DNA of 28,476 nucleotides from a virus (lineage: Duplodnaviria; Caudoviricetes), in the IMG/VR virus record IMGVR_UViG_3300010376_000104, positions 1 to 28,476 of that record; one strand, given 5' to 3'. The notes below the pieces were generated by a model. That model was not told where the DNA came from and searched no databases. It was given only the letters and a program-made list of their open reading frames with translations. The stretch's first letter is position 1. Each line of letters opens with the position of its first letter. The position numbers and the translations under genes were made by a program. Shown one piece after another: positions 6,505 through 14,272 of the stretch.

Positions 6505-6804
6505 ATGGCAAGCAAATCATTCACCGCAACCGCTACCGGCGCAGTCGCCGGCCCACTCGACGCAGGAGCCGGTAACACATTCGGCCGGTTCACTATCAAG
6601 ATTCTCTCCAACGCAGCAGACGCCTCCGTCGCTCTCGAAACGAGTCCGGACAACACCACCTACACACAGATGTGTCTCGTGTCTGGCGGCAAGCCCTGGG
6701 GATTCGCGCGGAGCGACCACCGGCAGCGCTACGCACGTGTGAACGTGGTCTCACTCGGCACCGGCACGCCTCCGGTAGCGGCGGTGATTCTCGCCAGTCC
6801 CTGA
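6505..6804 (+). CDS. Small beta-rich putative virion structural protein, probable paralogue of 6142-6495
   Basis: AGGAGA RBS. VALETSPDNTTY ... QRYARVNV. Confidence 0.6.
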   Translation: MASKSFTATATGAVAGPLDAGAGNTFGRFTIKILSNAADASVALETSPDNTTYTQMCLVSGGKPWGFARSDHRQRYARVNVVSLGTGTPPVAAVILASP

Positions 6805-6842
6805 TGGCGTAAAATAGAAGCAACGCCAGGAAGGGAACAGAT

Positions 6843-7658
6843 ATGGTAGCGCACGACGTTTCCCGCGAGCTACGCGGATATCACGGCCGATGGACCAAGG
6901 GTGGCGCAGCTCTCAAGCGAATGGCGCGAGAGGCAGAACAGCGCCGCGCCGTAGGTGGAGGCGAGAGCGGCACGAGGCGCGGCAAGTCGATTGAGGATAT
7001 GCACGCCACAATCGATGAGATCGCGCACAGCCCACACGGAACCGGCCGTGGCGTCAACGGCATTATGGTGCGGAACACCCCAGCAGGAATTCGTGTCACA
7101 ATGCCGGGCAAAACTCAGCATTACTCGAATTCCGCAGAAGCAGCCGTCGCGGTTTTCCGGAAAGAACATCACCAGGAAGGCCATTCGCCAATTCCGTTGC
7201 CCGGTGGCGCGCATCCAAAGGCCGGAGTCCAGAAGCAGGACATCAAGGGAATGTCCGCTGAGGCAATTCAGCGCCAGCTTGATGCGGGCCACATTACCAG
7301 GCAGCAGGCAATGGATGAGATCCTCCGGCAGAGCGCCGCTAGGAAGCCGGAGATCACGAAAGCCACAGAGATCACAAAAGTCGGTGCGCCTGATATTGCC
7401 GCAGGACTCCGGAGAACAGCCGACAGCATAGATGCCAGGCAGAAAGATGTTTCATATCAAAGGATAACCCAAGCGGCTACCCATCTCCGTGCTGCGGCAA
7501 AAGCTTATGAATCCGGCGATCACCAGACTGCACTTGACCGTATCAGGAAAGCCGGTTCAGTACGCGGAATTTCCGCCGAACAAGCACGGCAGATAGACCA
7601 GCATCACCAGAACATAACCGACTTGCAGAGAACTGCGAGGAATGCGAGGAACAAATGA
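6843..7658 (+). CDS. Hypothetical protein, possibly an internal virion protein
   Basis: 271-aa ORF with RBS. N-terminal ELRGYHGRW motif and helical C-terminus. Confidence 0.7.
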   Translation: MVAHDVSRELRGYHGRWTKGGAALKRMAREAEQRRAVGGGESGTRRGKSIEDMHATIDEIAHSPHGTGRGVNGIMVRNTPAGIRVTMPGKTQHYSNSAEAAVAVFRKEHHQEGHSPIPLPGGAHPKAGVQKQDIKGMSAEAIQRQLDAGHITRQQAMDEILRQSAARKPEITKATEITKVGAPDIAAGLRRTADSIDARQKDVSYQRITQAATHLRAAAKAYESGDHQTALDRIRKAGSVRGISAEQARQIDQHHQNITDLQRTARNARNK

Positions 7659-7849
7659 CTAGCAGAACAGCTCCGGGTACGCCAAAGCTGGTAATCGACG
7701 GAGAGCCGGAGCAGGCAGGCGAGCCGCTCAGCGATTCCACATGGGAAGGCCTGGAGGATGACGACCTAGAACAGCAGACAACGCAGAACCTAGCCAAGAT
7801 CGCAAACGCTCGCCGGAGGCCGTGTGGAACTGGTCGCACCCAGGGATAG
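7655..7849 (+). CDS. Small acidic hypothetical protein
   Basis: ATGA overlap with the upstream gene and GAGGA RBS. Confidence 0.55.
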   Translation: MTSRTAPGTPKLVIDGEPEQAGEPLSDSTWEGLEDDDLEQQTTQNLAKIANARRRPCGTGRTQG

Positions 7850-9494
7850 GCTTGTCACTATTCCTGACGGAATTCCTGAACTCACCCTGGGGTGGGAGGG
7901 AATCCGCTGGGCCACAAAATACCTGAAGCAGCCGGATGGCCCTAACGCCGGCCAGCGCTGGGAGTTTATCGAGAGCCAAGTCAGGTTTATCCTCTGGTGG
8001 TACAGCCTTAACGAGCAAGGCCGCTGGCTGTTCTATCACGGAGTACGTCGCTATCCAAAAGGTGCCGGTAAGTCGCCATTCGCAGCCGTCCTGGCTATGA
8101 TCGAATTGCTCGCGCCGGTACGATTGAAAAGCTTTGACAGGAATGCGCCCGGTGGTTGTATCGGCCGTCGCGTCTCTATGCCGCTAGTCCAGATTGGCGC
8201 GACTTCCCACGACCAGGCCAATATCAATACCATGCGAATGGTCCGCGCGCTCCTGCCTAAGAACAGCCGGATACTTCGCGATTACGATGTGGAGGCTGGC
8301 AAGACAATCTTCCACGTTCCTGGTGGCGGCCAGCTAATGGTAATTACCAGCTCGCCAACTACGGAGGAAGGCGCGCTGACGACATTCGCAATCCTGGACC
8401 AGACAGAGAGCTTCCTGCCTAACAATGGCGGTGTAGACCTCGCGGAAGTCATGGACCGGAACGTGGGCAAGTCGGGCTCGCGGATAATCGAGACCAGCAA
8501 TGCGTGGATGCCCGGCCAGGAATCCGTAGCCGAGAATACATTTGGTGCGTGGGTCGCGCAGGAGGAAGGCCGACTGAAAGGCAAGGGGAAAATTCTTTAC
8601 GACTCGCGGATGGCGCCACCCGAGGTAGACTGGGAGGATCCAGCTTCCATCCGTAAGGCCGTCGAATTCGCCTATGGCGATGCCTACTGGGTGCCTATTG
8701 AGGACATTGTTGACAGCCGTATTCTCAGCCCAAAGACTCCACTTGACGTATCCAAGCGCTTTTACCTGAACTGGCCGGAGAGCCCGGAAGATGCCTGGAC
8801 TACGCAGCAGAAATGGGCAAGGCTATCTGATCCTGAATTCCGGATTGACGATGGCGATGATATCGTACTTGGTTTCGACGGTAGCCGTGTAGAGGATGCG
8901 ACCGCTCTCATGGGCTGCCACATAGAAACTGGATTCACATTCACGCTAGGAATCTGGGAGCCGCACGGAACACGCTACATTCCCCGCGATGAGGTCCATA
9001 ATGCTATCCGTCAGGCCAAGGAACGCTGGCATGTGTGCGCTTTCTTCGCGGACGTAAAGGAATGGGAAGATGCTACCAAGATAACCTGGCGTGACCTATT
9101 CACGGACGATTATGAGCTTGACGTCTGGGCTGTTCCCGGAGGCCGCGATCCACAGCCAGTCGCCTGGGATATGCGCTCCCACGTAGGAGAATTTACCCAG
9201 GCCTGTGAAATGGTCCTGAGCGAGATAGACACGAGCGAGCGGAGCGGCACCCATGCTTTCTATCATGACGGTGACTCGGCACTAGGACGGCACGTAACAA
9301 ACGCGAGGCGCAGGCCGAATCGCTGGGGTATCTCGATAGGCAAGGAATCCCCCAAGTCTCCGAACAAGATTGACGCCTGCGTCGCTATGATTATGGCGCG
9401 GCATGCAAGACGGCTAGTGCTCGCGAGCAAGAAATTCAAGGAACGCAAGGAATCGGCATCTAAGCGCGGTGGGCGTGTCTGGAGCTTTAGCTAA
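7824..9494 (+). CDS. terL: Terminase large subunit
   Basis: Walker A YPKGAGKS, Walker B region FAILDQTES, coupling motif ETSNA, nuclease LGFDGS..EDATAL, C-terminal KIDACVA. GGAGG RBS. Confidence 0.95.
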   Translation: MELVAPRDRLVTIPDGIPELTLGWEGIRWATKYLKQPDGPNAGQRWEFIESQVRFILWWYSLNEQGRWLFYHGVRRYPKGAGKSPFAAVLAMIELLAPVRLKSFDRNAPGGCIGRRVSMPLVQIGATSHDQANINTMRMVRALLPKNSRILRDYDVEAGKTIFHVPGGGQLMVITSSPTTEEGALTTFAILDQTESFLPNNGGVDLAEVMDRNVGKSGSRIIETSNAWMPGQESVAENTFGAWVAQEEGRLKGKGKILYDSRMAPPEVDWEDPASIRKAVEFAYGDAYWVPIEDIVDSRILSPKTPLDVSKRFYLNWPESPEDAWTTQQKWARLSDPEFRIDDGDDIVLGFDGSRVEDATALMGCHIETGFTFTLGIWEPHGTRYIPRDEVHNAIRQAKERWHVCAFFADVKEWEDATKITWRDLFTDDYELDVWAVPGGRDPQPVAWDMRSHVGEFTQACEMVLSEIDTSERSGTHAFYHDGDSALGRHVTNARRRPNRWGISIGKESPKSPNKIDACVAMIMARHARRLVLASKKFKERKESASKRGGRVWSFS

Positions 9495-11069
9495 ATGCTG
9501 CTAGATCAGGGAAATATCGAGCGAACTGCTACTCAGGCGCTGATCCTCCGGCAGCCGGAGCAGGCGAGGCTTACAAGGATAGCAGACTATGTACGCGGAA
9601 AGCAGGAACCTCCGTACACGCCTAAGGGTGTGAATGCTGAATACCGGTGGATCGCAAAGAAAGCTCGCCGGAACTTCCTGCCGCTGGTTGTCTCGGTAGT
9701 CTCCCAGAACCTTATTGTGGACGATTACAAGCCTTCCGGTCAGACCGCTACCGACGCATCAGCCCCACAGAAGGAACCACCCGAGTGGGAAGCCTTCCGT
9801 GCTAACCGGATGATATCACGGCAGCATGGAATTCACCGATCTGTTATCAAGTACGGCTCCGCTTATGCGGTCGTGCTTCCGGGCTCGCTTTCCCGTGATG
9901 AAGAGCAGAGCGCGGACGTTCCGGTTATCCGGCCGGTAAGCCCACGACGTATGACGGCATTCTACGCGGATGACGTTGATGACGAATGGGCGCAGTTCGC
10001 AGTGGAGGCCAAGACCGTAAACCTGCCTAACGGCAACGCACGTATGCTAGTCTCGGTTTACGATGAGGACAAGCGCTACATTCTCGCTGGCGACCCAGGC
10101 CGGAATACGAGCAACATCACTCTCCGGCTCGCGGAGCCCGGTGACCCGCTACTCAACGGCCAGTCTCCGATAGCCAGCCATGGCCTTGGTGTGTGTCCTG
10201 TAGTCCGGTTCCTATTCGAGACAGACCTGGATGGTGAGTCAGACTGCTCCGGCGAGGTAGAGCCGATTATGCCAATCCAGGACCAGATCAATTTCGATAC
10301 CTTTAACCTCATGATCTCTACCCAGTTCGCCGCATTCCGGCAGCGCTGGGTAACGGGAATGGCTCCGGTCGATGAGTCAGGACGCGAGGCCGCTCCATTC
10401 CGCCCAGGCGTGGACCGGGTATGGGCCAGTGAGGATGCCGCAACGCATTTCGGTGAATTCGGTGAGACCGCACTACAGCCGTATTCCGGAGTACGTGAGG
10501 ACGGTATCCGGCATATGTCGACAATTACCCAGGTTCCTCCGTATCACCTTCTGGGCCAGGTCGCGAACATGAGTGCGGAAGCGCTCGCCGCAGCACGAGA
10601 CGGATTCGACCGAAAGATAGGCGAGCTACAAGGCGTGCTTACCGACCCATGGCGTAACCAGTTCCGGCTGGCCGCTCTCGCGGCCGGAAACAAGGAAGGC
10701 TGGAAAGATATCTACGGCAACGTCATGTGGCGTAACACGAGCGCTCGCGCTTTCGGCGCAACAATTGACGGACTTACCAAGGCCGCACAGATGCTTGGTG
10801 TACCTGCTGAGGAACTATGGCGCTACATTCCCGGAGCAACGGCCGATGACGTTGCGTCCTGGCAGCTAGCCAAGCAGCGCGAGGAAGCGCAGGCGCTAGT
10901 CCAGTCGATAATCGCCGGAGCCCAGGGTGGGGCTCCTGGAGCCGCTCCGGGCCAGCCTACAGCTCCAGGCCCGCAGATGGCCGGTGGCGTTCCGGCGCTA
11001 CCTCCGGCCGGAACCGGCCCAGGAGGCGCAGGCGCAGGCGCAGGCCAGACCGGAGTCCAGGCAACATGA
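9495..11069 (+). CDS. Portal protein (SPP1 gp6-like)
   Basis: Immediately follows terL. Motifs NFLPLVV, HGLGVCPVVRF, QDQIN, AFRQRWVTG and N.SAEAL. Gly/Pro-rich tail. Confidence 0.93.
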   Translation: MLLDQGNIERTATQALILRQPEQARLTRIADYVRGKQEPPYTPKGVNAEYRWIAKKARRNFLPLVVSVVSQNLIVDDYKPSGQTATDASAPQKEPPEWEAFRANRMISRQHGIHRSVIKYGSAYAVVLPGSLSRDEEQSADVPVIRPVSPRRMTAFYADDVDDEWAQFAVEAKTVNLPNGNARMLVSVYDEDKRYILAGDPGRNTSNITLRLAEPGDPLLNGQSPIASHGLGVCPVVRFLFETDLDGESDCSGEVEPIMPIQDQINFDTFNLMISTQFAAFRQRWVTGMAPVDESGREAAPFRPGVDRVWASEDAATHFGEFGETALQPYSGVREDGIRHMSTITQVPPYHLLGQVANMSAEALAAARDGFDRKIGELQGVLTDPWRNQFRLAALAAGNKEGWKDIYGNVMWRNTSARAFGATIDGLTKAAQMLGVPAEELWRYIPGATADDVASWQLAKQREEAQALVQSIIAGAQGGAPGAAPGQPTAPGPQMAGGVPALPPAGTGPGGAGAGAGQTGVQAT

Positions 11070-11920
11070 CAACTCCGCAGACGCCAGTCCCAGGCCTACC
11101 GGTTCCGCGAGCCGTGGGAGGCCAGCTCCTGCTCGCGCATTACCGGAATACGCAACAAAGCATAGCTCAGCGCGCGGCTATCGCTATTCAAAACCTCTGG
11201 ATGCGGATGATTGATCCTACGCACTTCGCGGATACCTGGAAGAATTACAATCCGGTAGTCAACGGCATAATCGATACGCACCACAAGATGACTGCTGCGA
11301 ATGCCGCCGAGTATTACGCAAATTCTCGAGTTTTTGCGGGATACGCGCATTTCCCTGTTCCTGGCGTAACTCTCGATCCAGCTTATCTCGACAAAGAGAC
11401 TAACACGATGGGCGCGGGAATGTTCTTCCATTACCTGAAGGACAACCCTGATCCCATAGTCGCATCGAACATGGCTAGAGACGGCCTCCGTGGAACCGGA
11501 GTACGGCTAATCATGAGCGGTGGCCGTGATACCGTTACCAAAGCGGCACAGAACGATCCAAGGGCCCAGGGCTGGGAACGGGTCATCGAGCCCGGAGCCT
11601 GCGGCTTCTGCGCTATGCTGGCCGGCCGTGGCGCGGTCTACAAAGAAAGCACCGTTGACTTCCGGGCGCACGACCACTGCCATTGTGTTGCTCGCGCAGT
11701 ATTCGACGGCCAGGAATCGGTTAACAAGGGAATACAGGATCAATGGGCGACAGCAACTAAGGGCACTCGCGGTAAAGCCGCGATAGCAGCATGGAACAAA
11801 CATTGGGAGGCACAAGGTGGCTCAGTCAGATCAGAAAATGCGGGAGAATCTCCAGGCCAAAGGCCAGGCCATGCCGCCATCCACCAAGAATCAGTCCGAC
11901 AGCCCGCGCTTTCCCATTAA
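11066..11920 (+). CDS. Minor head protein (MuF/VG15-like)
   Basis: Follows portal. GWERV..PGACGFCAMLAGRGAVY ... HDHCHC motif. Confidence 0.8.
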   Translation: MTTPQTPVPGLPVPRAVGGQLLLAHYRNTQQSIAQRAAIAIQNLWMRMIDPTHFADTWKNYNPVVNGIIDTHHKMTAANAAEYYANSRVFAGYAHFPVPGVTLDPAYLDKETNTMGAGMFFHYLKDNPDPIVASNMARDGLRGTGVRLIMSGGRDTVTKAAQNDPRAQGWERVIEPGACGFCAMLAGRGAVYKESTVDFRAHDHCHCVARAVFDGQESVNKGIQDQWATATKGTRGKAAIAAWNKHWEAQGGSVRSENAGESPGQRPGHAAIHQESVRQPALSH

Positions 11921-12110
11921 GGCACGAGGCCCAGGACCGAATACGCTACAGGCTGCCATCCAGGCAGTCGGCCGTGCGCGGCCTAACACGCCGGAGGAAC
12001 GGGCGAAGGTACGCCGCTACATCATGAGAGTGGCCGCCAGTAAAGGATGGTCGGCCGATATCCCGGACAACTGGAATTCGGACGGCACGCTCAAATCCGG
12101 TGGGGCGTAG
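11817..12110 (+). CDS. Small head-module protein
   Basis: GGAGG RBS before GTG. FPI ... L..AI.AVGRA ... VRRYI ... IPDNW pattern, which I recall as a domain in actinophage head proteins. Confidence 0.7.
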   Translation: MAQSDQKMRENLQAKGQAMPPSTKNQSDSPRFPIKARGPGPNTLQAAIQAVGRARPNTPEERAKVRRYIMRVAASKGWSADIPDNWNSDGTLKSGGA

Positions 12111-12134
12111 AATAGCTACCGGAGGTGATCCGTA

Positions 12135-12485
12135 ATGCCACCACAGCCACCAGGCCAGGGAAACGTAGGCGACAAATACGAGTACAACCCACCACCAGGC
12201 CAGCTAAAGGGAATGGGCGAGGCCGCTCGCGGCACGGCGCTAGTCTCCGACATGGCTGACCTTGACCTCATGCCAGGAATGACGGTAATTTACTGCGGCT
12301 GGGATATCGACTCACAATGGCCCATGATCGAATGGACCGATGGAGCGGGGAATTCCCGCATCACGACAATTCACCCAGGCACCTGGAATAGCTCATTCGA
12401 TCTGGTGACGCCATTATGCCGCTACTCTCACAAGGCGCACTATTCCAGTACGCGGAGCAAATGGCTCTCAATGCGGTATTCCTAA
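12135..12485 (+). CDS. Hypothetical protein
   Basis: GGAGGTGA RBS. The last 70 nt overlap the next gene. Confidence 0.65.
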   Translation: MPPQPPGQGNVGDKYEYNPPPGQLKGMGEAARGTALVSDMADLDLMPGMTVIYCGWDIDSQWPMIEWTDGAGNSRITTIHPGTWNSSFDLVTPLCRYSHKAHYSSTRSKWLSMRYS

Positions 12486-12877
12486 TCGCTCAGAGCCCTG
12501 TTCCGGCTCCAACCTACCTCGCGCTCAGCGGAACTGCCATCGGCTCGCTTAGCAGCGCAGAGACGGCTATGTCTGGTTCCACCATAAACGAGTATCCAAC
12601 CGCGAGTGGCTATGCTCGCCAGAATCTCAACCCGACAGCCGCCACCGCCGCGAGCCCTAGCCGTAGCTGGAATACTCCGGTGATTACCTTTGGGCCATTC
12701 ACCAGCGCTCCGGGAACCTGCTTCTGGGGAATTGCCTGTGACGTCGCTAGCGGAGGCGCTGCCCATCCGATAGCAAGCTACATTCTCGGCACGGCGCGGA
12801 CTCCGGCCATAGGCGATTCGCTTCAATGTAACGCAGGAACCGGCGCGGCAGGAGTGGGATTCATATGCCAGGTCTAA
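12416..12877 (+). CDS. Putative virion structural protein (fibre/collar-like)
   Basis: YLAL ... E ... SGYARQ ... N...ITF ... GDSL pattern, recalled from small phage fibre-associated proteins. Confidence 0.6.
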   Translation: MPLLSQGALFQYAEQMALNAVFLIAQSPVPAPTYLALSGTAIGSLSSAETAMSGSTINEYPTASGYARQNLNPTAATAASPSRSWNTPVITFGPFTSAPGTCFWGIACDVASGGAAHPIASYILGTARTPAIGDSLQCNAGTGAAGVGFICQV

Positions 12878-13149
12878 TTCTCACACTCGCTCCGGCCGTC
12901 GTGACCGTTGACGATGAAAGGGCAGAGCCATGCACGGCCATCGACCGTCCAGGCCATACCTGTGGGGCGAGGCCCTGTGCCCGGTATGTACGATTCTGTG
13001 GAGTAGCCGGTCATATGCGAGAGGTCTGGCTCTGCCCCATACATGCGTCTATGACGGCATATGGCGGAGCGATCTGCCGCGAGTGCGCAGCCCTAGGCTA
13101 CGGACGGCCGGTAAGGCTCTTGCGGATAACGGAGACGATGAGGATTTAG
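12865..13149 (+). CDS. Small Cys-rich putative Zn-binding protein
   Basis: Seven Cys plus His residues, including CPIH and CREC. Confidence 0.55.
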   Translation: MPGLILTLAPAVVTVDDERAEPCTAIDRPGHTCGARPCARYVRFCGVAGHMREVWLCPIHASMTAYGGAICRECAALGYGRPVRLLRITETMRI

Positions 13150-13174
13150 TGATGACTGGCCAGGGCAGGAGAGC

Positions 13175-13261
13175 GACGGAGAGCCCGGAGCCGTCCGCTC
13201 GTACGCGGATATCCGCTCGCGCTCGCCTAGGGCTGGCTGATGCCCGTGCAGGAACAGTTTC
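13175..13261 (+). repeat. Dispersed 87-bp element, copy 1
   Basis: 13230-13261 matches the reverse complement of 27994-28025 at 29/32 nt. GACGGAGAGC lies 55 nt upstream in both copies. Confidence 0.8.
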
Positions 13262-13276
13262 AACGGAGGTAGGACG

Positions 13277-13546
13277 ATGGTAGCCGGTAGGGAAGCATCG
13301 CCAAAGGATGTAGCATCGACGGAGCGCCTTATGCGCTACTGGGCACACGGAGCCGGAGCCGCGAAAATCAACTGGGGCGTGCCCGGAGACTTTGACCGGT
13401 GCGTAACGGAGCTATCCAAATACGTTGGCCCCGGAACGGTGAAGGGACTCTGCGCAAACCTTCACCACCGCGCTACCGGAGGCTGGCCCGGTCACGCTCC
13501 GGGAGTGGAACAGGCAGCAGCTTCCGCTAAGAAAGCTGCGCATTAA
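13277..13546 (+). CDS. Small head-module protein
   Basis: GGAGG RBS. L.RYW..G.GAAKINWG.PGDF.RCV..L.KY ... GLCANLH..ATG.WPG, which I recall as a conserved actinophage head-region domain. Confidence 0.75.
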   Translation: MVAGREASPKDVASTERLMRYWAHGAGAAKINWGVPGDFDRCVTELSKYVGPGTVKGLCANLHHRATGGWPGHAPGVEQAAASAKKAAH

Positions 13547-13563
13547 AACGGATCTTCCTTTAT

Positions 13564-13589
13564 GGCCGGAATAGGCGTATTATCCGGCC
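13564..13589. promoter_or_regulatory. Hairpin upstream of the scaffold gene
   Basis: GGCCGGA ... TCCGGCC stem in the intergenic gap. Confidence 0.35.
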
Positions 13590-13618
13590 TATACGCTGCG
13601 CATCGCGTGGGAGGCCGT

Positions 13619-14230
13619 ATGAGTGAGAGCGCCGCAGAAGACACCATTGACGTCACTGACACAGGGACGGATGTTGTCGAGCCCGGAACGGGTGAGGATG
13701 CGGAAGACTTTGAGGCTGAAGGACTACTCGCCGGAATGGCGGAGAATGACCCAGAGGCTCTCCAGCGCGAGATAGCGCACTGGAAGAAAATGTCCCGGCA
13801 GCACGAAAGCCGCTCCAAGGCGAATGCGGCGGCTGCGGCGGAACTAAAGCAAATTAAGCAAGCTGGGATGTCTGAGCTAGAGAGAGCCCAGACCGCCCAG
13901 CGCGAGGCAGAGGAACGGGCAGCTACAGCGGAAAATCTCCATTTCCGCGTAATGGCTGCGGCCGCGCATTCCCTGCCTCCAGAACTCATTGATCATCTCG
14001 GCTCCGGAACGGAAGATGAGATCAATGAGCGCGCGGAGCTATTCTCCCAGGTTATCCAGGCGACAGCCCAGGAGCTAGCCGAGCAGATTCTCAGCCGGAA
14101 CGGCATCAACACGAACGGACTAGGCACCGGCCGTCCGCTCGAATCGCTACGCCCAGGATCAGCTCCAGCTACCGGCGCAGCGCCGGTATCCCGTGAGGAA
14201 TGGTTCAGGCGTCTCGTCACAGGACAATAG
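13619..14230 (+). CDS. Capsid scaffolding protein
   Basis: GGGAGG RBS before ATG 13619. Acidic N-terminus, WK.MSR.HE, coiled coil MSELERA and L.G.TEDEI..RA. Directly upstream of the major capsid gene. Confidence 0.88.
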   Translation: MSESAAEDTIDVTDTGTDVVEPGTGEDAEDFEAEGLLAGMAENDPEALQREIAHWKKMSRQHESRSKANAAAAAELKQIKQAGMSELERAQTAQREAEERAATAENLHFRVMAAAAHSLPPELIDHLGSGTEDEINERAELFSQVIQATAQELAEQILSRNGINTNGLGTGRPLESLRPGSAPATGAAPVSREEWFRRLVTGQ

Positions 14231-14272
14231 CGCGCGACCTTACCGGAGCGCGCGCAGAGAGGCCGTTCCGGC

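Noticed and set aside
13149-13283. Small ORF MTGQGRRATESPEP...
   Set aside because: It coincides with the dispersed DNA element, whose second copy is interrupted by stop codons in the equivalent frame, so conservation appears to be at DNA level.
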